Under the pieces are notes generated by a model. That model saw only the letters and a list, made by a program, of their open reading frames with translations, was not told where the DNA came from and searched no databases. A stretch of DNA of 64,000 bases from Stegostoma tigrinum (taxonomy: Eukaryota), in NCBI RefSeq assembly GCF_030684315.1, contig NC_081371.1:4109550-4173549 (forward strand), read 5' to 3'. The position numbers were made by a program, and so were the translations under genes. Position 1 is the stretch's first letter, and each line of letters begins with the position of its first letter. Of this stretch, positions 51,270-61,977 are shown piece by piece.

Positions 51270-51800
51270 TAATCCCAATTTTCTGCATTTGTCCTATATC
51301 CTTGAAAGCTATAATACTTTATCATCCAAATGTTATCAAAGGTTGTAGTATTTCTGGCTCCACAATCTTCCCAGGCAGTGCATTTCAGACTCCCATCACC
51401 TGCTAAAAGTGAAAAAGTTTTTTTTCCCCAAATCCCCTCTGAATCTCCCGCCCCTTACCTTAAAGCTAAAGCTGAACAGGAATGCCCCTCACCTTCAACT
51501 AAAGGGAGTAGCTGCTCTGCATTCACCTTGTCTATACCCCTCATAATCTTATACACCTCAGTCATGTCCCACTGTCAGTCTTCTCTGCTCAAAAGAAAAC
51601 AATCCTACCCTATGTAGTGCCTCCTTGAAGCTCAATTTCCCCATCCCAGGAATATCCTGGTGAACATCCTCTGTACCCCCTCTAGTGCGATCATATCTTT
51701 CTTGTAGTGAGGTGACCAGAACTGCACACAGTACTCCAGCTGTGCCCTGAGCAACACTCTGTACAACTCCAACATTACCTCATTGTTATTATACTCTACT
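51270..51800 (-). mobile_element. CR1 3' fragment, decayed
   Basis: 'ggtgaccagaactgcacacagtactccagc', 'cctcataatcttatacacctc' match other CR1 copies. Confidence 0.75.
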
Positions 51801-52324
51801 TATCTTCCCATATGAAGTGCTCACAAATTTCCGAGTCTGTCCTTCATGGAGAGCGGAAAATTTGATGGTTCAGGTCTGGGTTGATATGTAAGTTTTGTTT
51901 CAGCAACATTCAAGGACAGTCTGAACAGATACAAAGAGATTGTGGGCGACTTTCAAACCTGATTCAATTACACAGTAGTAGATTATGTACCAGTGGTCAT
52001 GCATGGCCGTTGGGCTCAGTTTGAACCACAGACGTAACAGAGGTTTCAGACTTTTCCATCCAGATGGTGTTTAGCACTAATATCAGAGGGCGGTTCACCT
52101 TTGACGAGGTGAATAGATACTGTCCAGTTGCCTATAGATAGTAAATAGCCTTGTCTTTCACCTCTCTCAAAAGACCACCATTGATCAGGAGATTTAATGT
52201 TGATCATTGCAGCAAGTCAGTCTCCTACAAACTACAGCAAGGAGTATTCAACAAAAATATGAACATAGAAAATAGGGCTGGACATAGGTCAGTCAGACTT
52301 CCAGGCCTGGCCTACTGTCTACTC

Positions 52325-52708
52325 TCTCTGCCACCAATGCTCAGTAGCAGCAGTGTGTACTATCTACAAGATGCATTGCAAAAATTCACCAAAGATCACC
52401 AGACAGCACCTTCCAAACCCATGACCACTTCCATGTAGAAGGATAGGAGTAACAGATACATGGGAACAGCATCACCTGCGTGATCCCCTCCACCAATTCA
52501 CCATCCCAACTTGGAAATTTATTGCCATTCCTTCATTGTCACTGGGTCAAAATATTGGGACACCCTCCTTAATGGCATTTTGGGTCAACCCACAGCAGGT
52601 AGACTGCAGTGGTTCAAGAAGGCAGCTCACCACCAACCTTCTCAAGAGGCAACTAGGGATGGGCTATAAATGCTGGTTAGCCAGACACACCCATAAATGA
52701 AAAATAAA
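52325..52708 (+). mobile_element. Non-LTR retrotransposon (second family) 3' end
   Basis: Reverse-complement homolog of 44470-44750; tail 'gcaactagggatgggctataaatgctgg' is shared with SINE family 3. Confidence 0.8.
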
Positions 52709-53267
52709 AGATTGGATTATGACTGATCTGTTTGTGCACCGAATTCCACATTCCTGTTCAGTTTAGAATCCCTTGCCTGATCAAATAGCTTTATCTCTGC
52801 ATTAACAGCATTCAAAGATGTCCATCTGTATTGTCTCACAGTGAAGCACAGAATTTCAAAGGCGCACAACCATCTGAGACTGAAAAAGGAATTCCCCACA
52901 TCTTGTCCAAAATGGGGAAGTTCTAACTGAAAAAAGAGACAACAGCGAATACCAACATCCCTCTAGACTTCAGAATTTGGCAATCATTCTCCATTGAAGC
53001 AATATTCTGTTGTTTAGTTCTCCTTTCCATAGTGAACATCTTCACATTTTCCAACTTTATACTTCACCTTCCAACTCCTTCCTCACTCAACTTAAACTAT
53101 CTGTATTGATTCCTTGTTACGTCACCATTACAATATAATTTCCCACCTACCTTAATATCTTTGGCATTGTTAACCACCCTGCATTCATTCCCCCCATCGA
53201 AGCCATTGACAGTAACTTTAAGGACTTAAGTCTCCAACACAGACCCCTGAATGGTCTCACTTCATAT

Positions 53268-53610
53268 AGTCCCTACAATGTGTAAACAGGCCATTTGGCC
53301 CAACAGGCCCACGCTTATCTACCAAACAGCACTGCACCCCACTCAGACCCAGCCCCTAACCCTATATTTCCCATGGCTAGCACGTAACTTCTAGATCCCT
53401 TGACACTACAGGGCAATTTAGCATGGCCAATCCACCTAACTTTCCCCATCTTTGGACTGTGGGAGTAAACTGGAGCAGCCGAAGGAAACCCATGCAGATC
53501 TGGGAACGAAGTGCAAACTCCATACACACAGTCGCCCGAGGGTAGAATCGAACTTGGGTCCCTGGCGCTGTGAGGCAGCAGTGCTAACCACTGAGCCACC
53601 GTGATGCCCC
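53268..53610 (-). mobile_element. HE1-type V-SINE
   Basis: Reverse complement of the A box, B box (gttcgattc) and V domain. Confidence 0.9.
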
Positions 53611-53897
53611 TGGCACTTACCATGTCTTACCAATGTGAAGTAAACCCATCTATATGCAACTCTCTATGTTCTGTAGACCAGCCAAACTTTTATCCTGCTT
53701 GTACGTTACCCATAGATCACAAGCTCAAATGTGTGCAATGTTGTTTTCTGTGGCACCTTGTTGGATCCCTTCTGGAAATTCAAGTACATGACATCAATAG
53801 TCTCTGCTTTATCACAGCATTCATTATTCCTTCAAAGAACCCCAATAAATTGCTGAAACACCATTTCCCTTTCAGAAAACCATACTGATTCTTACCA

Positions 53898-54106
53898 GTG
53901 ATAATGGGAACTGCAGATGCTGGAGAATCCAAGATAATAAAGTGTGGAGCTGGATGAACACAGCAGGCCAAGCAGCATCTCAGGAGCAAAAAAGCTGACG
54001 TTTCGGGCCTAGACTCTTCATCAGGTCTAGGCCCGAAACGTCAGCTTTTGTGCTCCTGAGATGCTGCTTGCCCTGCTGTGTTCATCCAGCTTCACACTTT
54101 ATTATC
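53898..54106. mobile_element. Palindromic PLE pLTR insertion
   Basis: Minus arm 53898-54024 and plus arm 54024-54106 are near-perfect inverted copies; TSD CTGATTCTTACCA at 53885-53897 and 54107-54119. Confidence 0.93.
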
Positions 54107-55979
54107 CTGATTCTTACCAATCAACTTGGATTTTGTCAGGTGCCCAGTTTGTTAATGTTCATTTCTAATTCACTGTCAGATATCAAGTTAACAAGCCTGT
54201 GATTTTAATACTTCCTTTAAATTCTTTGGTTAACTACAGTTGATGGGTCCTTCCTTTGGAATGGTTCTATGGTAGGAATGTACTTATGCTGAGGACTCCA
54301 CATTATCCCATTATTTGTCAACCTATACTTTTCTACTAGCCTAACATCCTAGTTCACTTCCGTTAACTCAGCTTTAAAGCCAATGTAGTTGCCCTTATTT
54401 AAGTTTAAAATACTAGTCCTGTACCAGATATTCCCTCTTTAAAACTGGATATAAAATTCAATTATATTGTGATTGATGCTACATGGAGTTGCTTTTACAC
54501 TGAGGTCAGTAATTAATGTTGTCACATTGCACAATGCTAAGTTTAGTGTAACCTGCTCTCTGGTCAGTCCAAGAATGTGCTGTTTGAATAAACTATCCAG
54601 AGAGTATTCTATGAACTCCACATTCAGGCTACCACTATTGCCAGCATGATTTTTCTAGCCTTTGTGTAAATTAATATCAGTCTAAGTTATTGCTATCCCT
54701 TTACTGCAAACTCCCAACATTTTTACTTTGCTCCACATGATGGTCACTTTTGTGCAGTGATTTCTGCTTAATTTTTTCCTACATTATTATTCATCTCCAT
54801 CTATATCAATTCAGCTTCCTAATTTCCTGAACCAAATTCGTCTGTAACCCATGCCATCTTTGATTAAGAATGTTACCCCTTACACCTTTATCTAGCCTTC
54901 TATTCATGTTGAATATCAATTCTTCCTCTTCAAGCCTCTTACATTTGCCATCTAGTCTAGTAATGGCTACCATATCAAATTTATTCTCTTCATTGTGCGC
55001 TATTGTTACAAAGTTGAGTAGAGTTCTTGTGGATTGGGAGACAGGAAGTTAGAAGTTGGTGTTTGTAAAATACTAGGCAGGGTGGGGGTGGGTGGAAGGA
55101 TTGCGTGGCCCCTTTAAAAGACGATGTGCCTTTTCTATGCTGACAGATGGATGTCGATGAGCAGCAGCTTAAAAGTTTGCAAATACACAGAGAGCGCCTG
55201 AATTAAAACATTTGCATCAAAAGGCTGTACAGTTAGCAGACCAAGCAGCATATTTTTTTAAACAAGGTTTGAATTTAGCCAATCAACTTGAACTAGGCAG
55301 TTAGAAATCAGAAACCAACTAAATTTACTTCTGATGGTTTTGACGATATAGGACCAATCGTACTGTAAGAAATTGATATATCATCCAAGGTATAATAGAA
55401 ATGGACAGCTGGAGAAAGACAGGAGAGCTAACTACCACCTGCCACTGATAACAGCTCTCAAGAGAGACTTCCTGGCTCTCACAGACTCCTCTGTGTCTTA
55501 AAGAAAGTACCATTGAAAGAACAAAGCATCCTTGGCACTCCTAGTTAATATTCCTGACAGAAAAACTGACCGAGAAGGCACGGAGGATTCTGGAAGACGT
55601 ATAACCTGGCTATAATTTTAAGAGACTAAAGTTTATTTCTTTTAATGATTTTATTTTATGTAAGTGGGATTTGTCTTTATTGGAAGAGCATACCATGATA
55701 ATCTTGTTTCATTCGGTAATAGTTAGTAGTTGGAACAAATTTATTTGGTCTGTTAATAGTTTGGTTAATTTGTTCACTATCACAGAAATAGATTGTTATT
55801 TGTTGATTGTAAAGGGAGTGTTGGGGATTTTGTTTTATTTAATCACTAGAAGTTGCTGAAAAGCAGGTTTCACCACTTTTCAGTGATAATGGAAACTGCA
55901 GATGCTGGAGAATCCAAGATAACAAAGTGTGGAGCTGGATGAACACAACAGGCCAAGCAGCATCTCAGGAGCACAAAGG

Positions 55980-56009
55980 CTGACGTTTCGGGCCTAGACC
56001 CTTCATCAG
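55980..56009 (-). ncRNA. Minimal hammerhead ribozyme motif (second intact copy)
   Basis: Exact reverse complement of 57598-57627. Confidence 0.72.
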
Positions 56010-56741
56010 AGAGGGGGATGGGGTGAGGGTTCTGGAATAAATAAGGAGAGAGAGGGAGGCGGACTGAAGATGGAGAGAAAAGAAGATAGGTGGAGAGGAG
56101 AGTATAGGTGGGGAGGTAGGGAGGGGATAGGTCAGTCCAGGGAAGACAGGCAGGTCAAGGAGGCGGGATGAGGTTAGTAGATAGGAAATGGAGGTGCGAC
56201 TTGAGGTGGGAGGAAGGGATGGGTGAGAGGAAGAACAGGTTAGGGAAACGGAGACAGGCTGGGCTGGTTTTGGGGTGCAGTGGGGGGAGGGGAGATTATG
56301 AAGTTGGTGAAGTCCACATTGATACCATTGGGCTGCAGGGTTCCCAAGTGGAATATGAGTTGCTGTTCTTGCAACCTTCGGGTGGCATCATTGTGGCACT
56401 GCAGGAGGCCCATGATGGGCATGTCATCTGAGGAATGGGAGGGGGAGTTAAAATGGTTCGCGACTCGGAGGTGCAGTTGTTTGTTGTGAACCGAGCGGAG
56501 GTGTTCTGCAAAGCGGTCCCCAAGCAGCCGCTTGGTTTCCCCTGAGAACGCCCTTGTCCGCGTCTCCCACATTTCCCGCAACACATCCCTCACACCCCGC
56601 CCCCGCCACAACCGCCCCCAGAGAATCCCCCTCGTTCTCACATACCACCCTACCAACCTCCGGATACAACGCATCATCCTCTGACATTTCTGCCATCTAC
56701 AATCCGACCCCACCACCCAAGCCATTTTTCCATTCCCACCC

Positions 56742-57368
56742 TTGTCTGCCTTCCAGAGAGACCACTCTCTCCATGACTCCCTTGTCCGCTCCACACTCTC
56801 CTCTAATCCCACCACACCCGGCACCTTCCCCTGCAACTGCAGGAAGTGCTACACCTGCCCCCACACCTCCTCCCTCACCCCTATCCCAGGCCCCAAGATG
56901 ACCTTCCACATCAAGCAGATGTTCATCTGCACATCTGCCAATGTGGTATATTGTATCCATTGTACCCGGTGTGGCTTCCTCTACATTGGGGAAACCAAGC
57001 GGAGGCTTGGGGACCGCTTTGCAGAACACCTCCGCTCGGTTCGCAACAAACAACTGCACCTCCCATTCGCGAACCATTTTAACTCGCCCTCCCATTCCTC
57101 AGACGACATGTCCATCATGGGCCTCCTGCAGTGCCACAATGATGCCACCCGAAGGTTGCAGGAACAGCAACTCATATTCCACTTGGGAACCCTGCAGCCC
57201 AATGGTATCAATGTGGACTTCACAAGCTTCAAAATCTCCCCTTCCCCCACCGCATCCCAAAACCAGCCCAGCTCGTCCCCTCCCCCCACTGCATCACAAA
57301 ACCAGCCCAGCTCGACCCCTCCCCCCACTGCATCCCAAAACCAGCTCAGCCTGTCTCTGCTTCCCTGA
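56742..57368 (+). pseudogene. PLE GIY-YIG (Uri) endonuclease domain, C-terminal part of a truncated ORF
   Basis: CNCRKCYTC Cys linker, NVVYCIHCTRCGFLYIGETKRRLGDRFAEH, HFN, LGTLQPNGIN motifs. Confidence 0.9.
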
Positions 57369-57597
57369 ACTGTTCTTCCTCTCATCCATCCCTTCCTCCC
57401 ACCTCAAGCCGCACCTCCATTTCCTACCTACTAACCTCATCCCACCTCCTTGACCTGTCCGTCTTCCCTGGACTGACCTATCCCCTCCCTACCTCCCCAC
57501 TTATACTCTCCTCTCCACCTATTTTCTTTTCTCTACATCTTCGGTCTGCCTCCTCCATCTCCCTATTTATTCCAGTTCCCTCTCCCCATCCCCCTCT

Positions 57598-57627
57598 CTG
57601 ATGAAGGGTCTAGGCCCGAAACGTCAG
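57598..57627 (+). ncRNA. Minimal type I hammerhead ribozyme motif in PLE pLTR
   Basis: CUGAUGA, extra A, stem II GGGU-CUAG-GCCC, GAAA, palindromic ACGU, predicted GUC cleavage after 57625; minimal hammerheads are established for PLEs. Confidence 0.75.
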
Positions 57628-57914
57628 CTTTTGTGCTCCTGAGATGCTGCTTGGCCTGTTGTGTTCATCCAGCTCCACACTTTGTTATCTTACACCACTT
57701 TTCATCCTCCTTTTACAGATTATCGGGTGAGGTGCTTCTCTTTGGGTATTTTGTTTGTAGTTCTCGGGAGGAGGGATTCATCCTCCACATTATAACATGA
57801 ACAATTCTGTTTGCATTATTATGAATGCCACGTGTGTTCAGATGCATAGGCCTCTGTGAGTGTCTACAGCAATTATTGTCATCACACTCCCATTCTGTGG
57901 TGTGATATGGGCTG

Positions 57915-58115
57915 TCACAGAACCATAGAGTCATAGAGTCATACAGCATGGAAACAGACCCTTTGGTCCAGCCGGTCCATACCAACCATGTTCTGAAAAT
58001 AAAATGGTCCCACCTGTTTGCACTTGACCTAGATTCCTCCAAACCATTCCTAATGATGCACGTGTCCAAGTTCAAGTTTTAAACATTGCAAATGTACCCA
58101 ATTCCACCACTCTCT
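57915..58115 (-). mobile_element. CR1 3' end
   Basis: (CATAGAGT)n tail and 3' UTR like 15979-16175. Confidence 0.8.
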
Positions 58116-58215
58116 CTGTGGTATAGTAATGGTATCTGTTACCTCTGGGCTGGGAGGCCTGGGCTCAAGTTCCACCAGCTCCAAAGTTGCATGGAGCAAA
58201 GTTTGCAAAGTAGCA

Positions 58216-58352
58216 AATAAAACCAAAAGAACTGTGGGTACTGTAAATCAGGAACAAAAACAGAAGTTGCTGGAAAAGCTCAGCAGGTCTGGCAGCATCT
58301 GTGAAGAAAAAAAGTCAGAGTTAATGTTTCAGGTCTAGTGGACCTTCCTCAG
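58216..58352 (-). mobile_element. PLE pLTR (family 2)
   Basis: Matches 7788-7924. Confidence 0.85.
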
Positions 58353-58489
58353 ATGGGGATTTCAGCAGTTTAACAGATTGTCGATGGTGGCACACTGCAA
58401 TAACGAGACAGTGTCGAATATTGGCAGCATTCAAAAGGGGAGATCTGACTAAATCAGAAAGTTCACTAGACAGGTGAGTTTGTCAGTGA

Positions 58490-59020
58490 ACTCTAGAGAA
58501 ACTTCAGCAACAATGCCTTCCCCACATTCTCCTGATTCAATGGGAAGACCATCGAACAAACATTAGTGTCCTTCTTGAAGCCACGTTACAATCATTCAAA
58601 CAAAACTCTTTCAAAATAAACAACAAATCTGCCCAATGACCGAAAGGTGTTGCCTTAACAGAGGTCCTGTTTCCTCAACTCTCAAATGGCCTGCTTTTCA
58701 AGACAGTACTGAAAGAACAGGCTACAGAGATGCTCTGAAACTCACCTTGAAACCAGCTGCATTTAACAATAATGACCGGGAGATGTTCCCTACCCTTGCT
58801 TCAAAATGGTGACAACTTGCCCATCAATCTGCATCATGTTTTGAGAAGAGACACCTTAATGATGAGGCAGAAAGGCAGCAGAGGAGAAAAGAACATGAAG
58901 CAGATCCTCCACTCCAGATCCTCCTTCCCCCAGGACCATTTTTCCCATGCATTCTGAGTCAAATCGAGCCTTGAATCAAGTGACATCCAGGCACATTGAT
59001 AACTGTACTCTGGAGAAATT
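58490..59020 (+). mobile_element. RTE-clade LINE C-terminal relic
   Basis: EKLQQQCLPHILLIQWEDHRTNISVLLEA and YRDALKLTLK resemble the RTE/BovB C-terminus (ERFHQRCLRKIL.I.WEDRRTN.SVL). Confidence 0.7.
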
Positions 59021-61769
59021 GTCTTCTTCCATTGGGACAGTTTCACAGTCCCTTATCATTTCCACATATTACAGTTCTACAACACTGTCTGTGTTGCCAT
59101 CTCTAACCTTTACTTATTTATCAGTTGGTAGTAATTCATGTCCAAATCTAATAGAATCACTTGAGACCCATTATTCATTAGTTGGTGGAGCAGTTTGATT
59201 TAAAATTAATTCGGAGCTAATTACGCTGCTGATTTATTATTTATGCATAACAGGTACTCATTTAGTGCAAATTCAATTGCTTCAATATTGCTTTGCTTAG
59301 CTTATTAGATGTAGCGACCTTTTTTTGCTGGCCAATGTTGTAACCACTCTGCACGCAGTGCTGCCCCATAAACAGCAAGAAGTAATACATCCAGCTGTGT
59401 AATTTTAGCTCACAAAGGTGTGTTCCTATGAGAGCCGAAGTTCTAGGAATGATTTTCATCTGATATCTCAGGCTCAAAGAGCCTCTGAGATAGCCAATGT
59501 AGCAGTCTAGGCTGTGTTTAGCTCAAAACAGCACACTGGTAGAGAGCTTTGAGCTTGCAATAGGTCAGTCCCAGAAGAACAATAAGAAAATTGACCACTC
59601 TTCTTCATTAAATGCTTTACATGTTTTTTTTTAACTCTGGATAGTGCTTCAACTAATGACAGGAGTAAAGAAGCCGTCATTAGTGAGACCTCTAATGCCA
59701 CACTGTAAGCTTGTGTTCCTAATAGATTGCAAGAGATGACTGGCCATAGGCAGTGTTCAAGATAAAAACAAAGTTAAGGATTGTATTCAGGTTTAGACTT
59801 CAAAATAACACTATTTATTGCACATAAATATTAAATACAGTGGTACATGACAAAAACAGATATACCAGGGTCTGATCGTATGATGACTTCTATCTATCTC
59901 CTTCACATGCTCATGTTCATTTGCCCTCAGTGTGTCTTTCAGAGAGTATCACATGTAGCCTGGTGGCTACATTGTGTACAGTGTGTTCTAACTCCATCCA
60001 TACTGTGACATTTATTCTCAGCAATGTGCGGCTCTGTGACATCATCATAAGGTCGCTCCGAGGCCCTAATGCCCATATAAGACAGTGAGGATTCTGAGTA
60101 CTTTAGCTGGACATTTGCTACTCTGTATACATGACACTATATTGTTCTTGAAAACGGATTTCTCAGATACCTTGGAAGATTTTTGGGACAGTTCATTAAG
60201 TTTCCCCAATACCCATGCAATATTTTTATCAGTAACTTTCACAAACCTTCTCTGATTCTCTGGAAAGCAGAAATGTACCACAAATCCATTTCAATCAGCA
60301 AATCCTAGTCCTCCTCATCTTCTGTTGCAAAGGTTTTGACATTCCATTGAAAGTGGCGTGATGTAGAGATTCTGGCTTCAATTGTTACACTTTGCCGTCA
60401 TCACAAATTGGGCATTAGAAGCTTGACTTAATCACCAAGCAATGTACAGGGTTTGAACTTTACAAGTCATCATCAGGAGGTGACCCATATCTCCATACTG
60501 GAGAAGCGGGAGTGAAGATCCAGAGGAGAGCTAAATACTTTGCTGGCTTGATAACCCCCTTTGATAGCTCCAATGAGTTTGACAACATAGTTGCATTTAT
60601 CCACATTTTATCCATATTTATGGCTACTTTTAATTCTTGCAAAAGACACTTGATTTCTCCCAAAGTGTATTGACCTCACCCAAAGGGTACCCTACTTTTC
60701 CAAAGACATTGTTACGCTTCTTCCACTAGGTCTGCACTACAATGTGTTCTGCGCGGCTTGCTATGAAAGTACAACCTGACTGAAGAAGTTGCCCTTAAAC
60801 ACGAACAATGGATGTGTAAATTAAAACCTCTCCTATTTCCTGCCCCATGAAAGGGGCAGGAGCTGCCTTCTGGGTCAGGACTTCTAGATTTATATTACCA
60901 TTGCCATTTCCAAAACTTTTTCATTGACATGAAAAGTCAGGCTGTTGTCACATTCTGGATGGAAAGGGAAATGTCATTAGTCAACTAATCCAATTTAAAA
61001 AGGATAAAACTTTGGGCTCAGATGGATTATATCACTTAAACTAAAGGACATTAATGAGGAGACAACGGTTTCTACTGGTTTAATCAGGATAGTCTACAGT
61101 GTTAGAGAGCTAACAGACAGCTCATATAATTCTTGTATTTCAAAACAAAAAGAAAAAAAACGTTCAGTGACTTACAGTCAGGATAACTTTCCATAGGTGG
61201 CAAGAAAGAGCATGAAAATTTATAGAAAGGTGTAATCGATCTGCAAATTGAAAATATGGTAAGCTTCAAATGGCGGATTTTTGAAAAGAAAGGTTTGGTA
61301 TGACCAACTTTACAGCTTTATTTGAAAAAATAGGAGCGGGAGAAGGCAAGGATCATTTAGTAGATATAAAATAGTGCAGAAAAATACGATGACAGGGGAT
61401 GGAAGAGGATGGAGGATGTTCAAGAGGAGAATAAGTACCAGCATACACAAGTTGGGCCAAATGGCCTGGTATGGTGCTACAGCACTAATGTACAACTTCT
61501 AGACAATTAACTGAATGCTTTCGCACTTGGGGTGATGCATAGCCTTATCAAATGAAGGAAATGTAATTTTAGATCCTGACAAAGATAGGAATGATCCAGT
61601 CTTAGTGAAATTAGCACCAATAATTCCCAGCAAACTGGGACTGGGATCGTCGGCTGATTTTGTTCCTCTCCAGCTTTAGAGGACAGCTCAAACCTCAATA
61701 TGACCATGATCATTGAAGGCTGGAATTCCACCTACAGTAGTCCTCGTGCTTGATGGGAAGTTACATATG

Positions 61770-61977
61770 ATCTTAGCAGATCTTGCAGAGCCTGTGAAGA
61801 GAAAATTAGAGTTAATGATTTCAGTCCAGTAACTCAGAACTGCTCTGACGAAGGGTCACCGGACCTGAAAGGCTAACTCTGATTTTCTCTTCAGATGCTG
61901 CCGGACCTGCTGAGTTTTACCGGCAACTTCTGTTTTTGTTCCTGATTTTCGACATCCGCAGTTCTTTCGGTTTTTAT
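61770..61977. mobile_element. Fold-back PLE pLTR insertion (family 2)
   Basis: Short minus arm, then ctgacgaagggtcaccggacctgaaa core at 61845-61870 and full tail ...gcagttctttcggttttta. Confidence 0.8.

Larger units (their letters stand above)
52720..55003 (-). mobile_element. Old CR1 with multiple nested inserts
   Basis: Pieces KNQYGFLKGKWCFSNLLGFFE (53780-53897) and endonuclease-region DSLFKQHILGLTREQVTLNL (54439-54621); resumes after 57797. Confidence 0.65.
55883..57692. mobile_element. Young Penelope-like element with inverted arms
   Basis: Minus arm 55883-56542 (tail, pLTR, half of GIY-YIG) joined to plus arm 56543-57692; TSD CACCACTTTTCA at 55871-55882 and 57693-57704. Confidence 0.95.
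55004..57797 (+). mobile_element. Probable ~1 kb solo LTR interrupted by the 55883-57692 PLE
   Basis: TGTTA...TAACA termini; CR1 sequence on both sides; no TSD recognised. Confidence 0.5.

Noticed and set aside
53898-54106. Interpretation as a DNA-transposon MITE
   Set aside because: Arms are PLE pLTR sequence, asymmetric by a ~35-nt tail, with variable junctions and variable-length TSDs
56240-56836. 198-aa minus-strand ORF containing GETKRLLGDRFAEH
   Set aside because: Chimera across the PLE inversion junction (antisense sequence fused to half a GIY-YIG domain); not a gene
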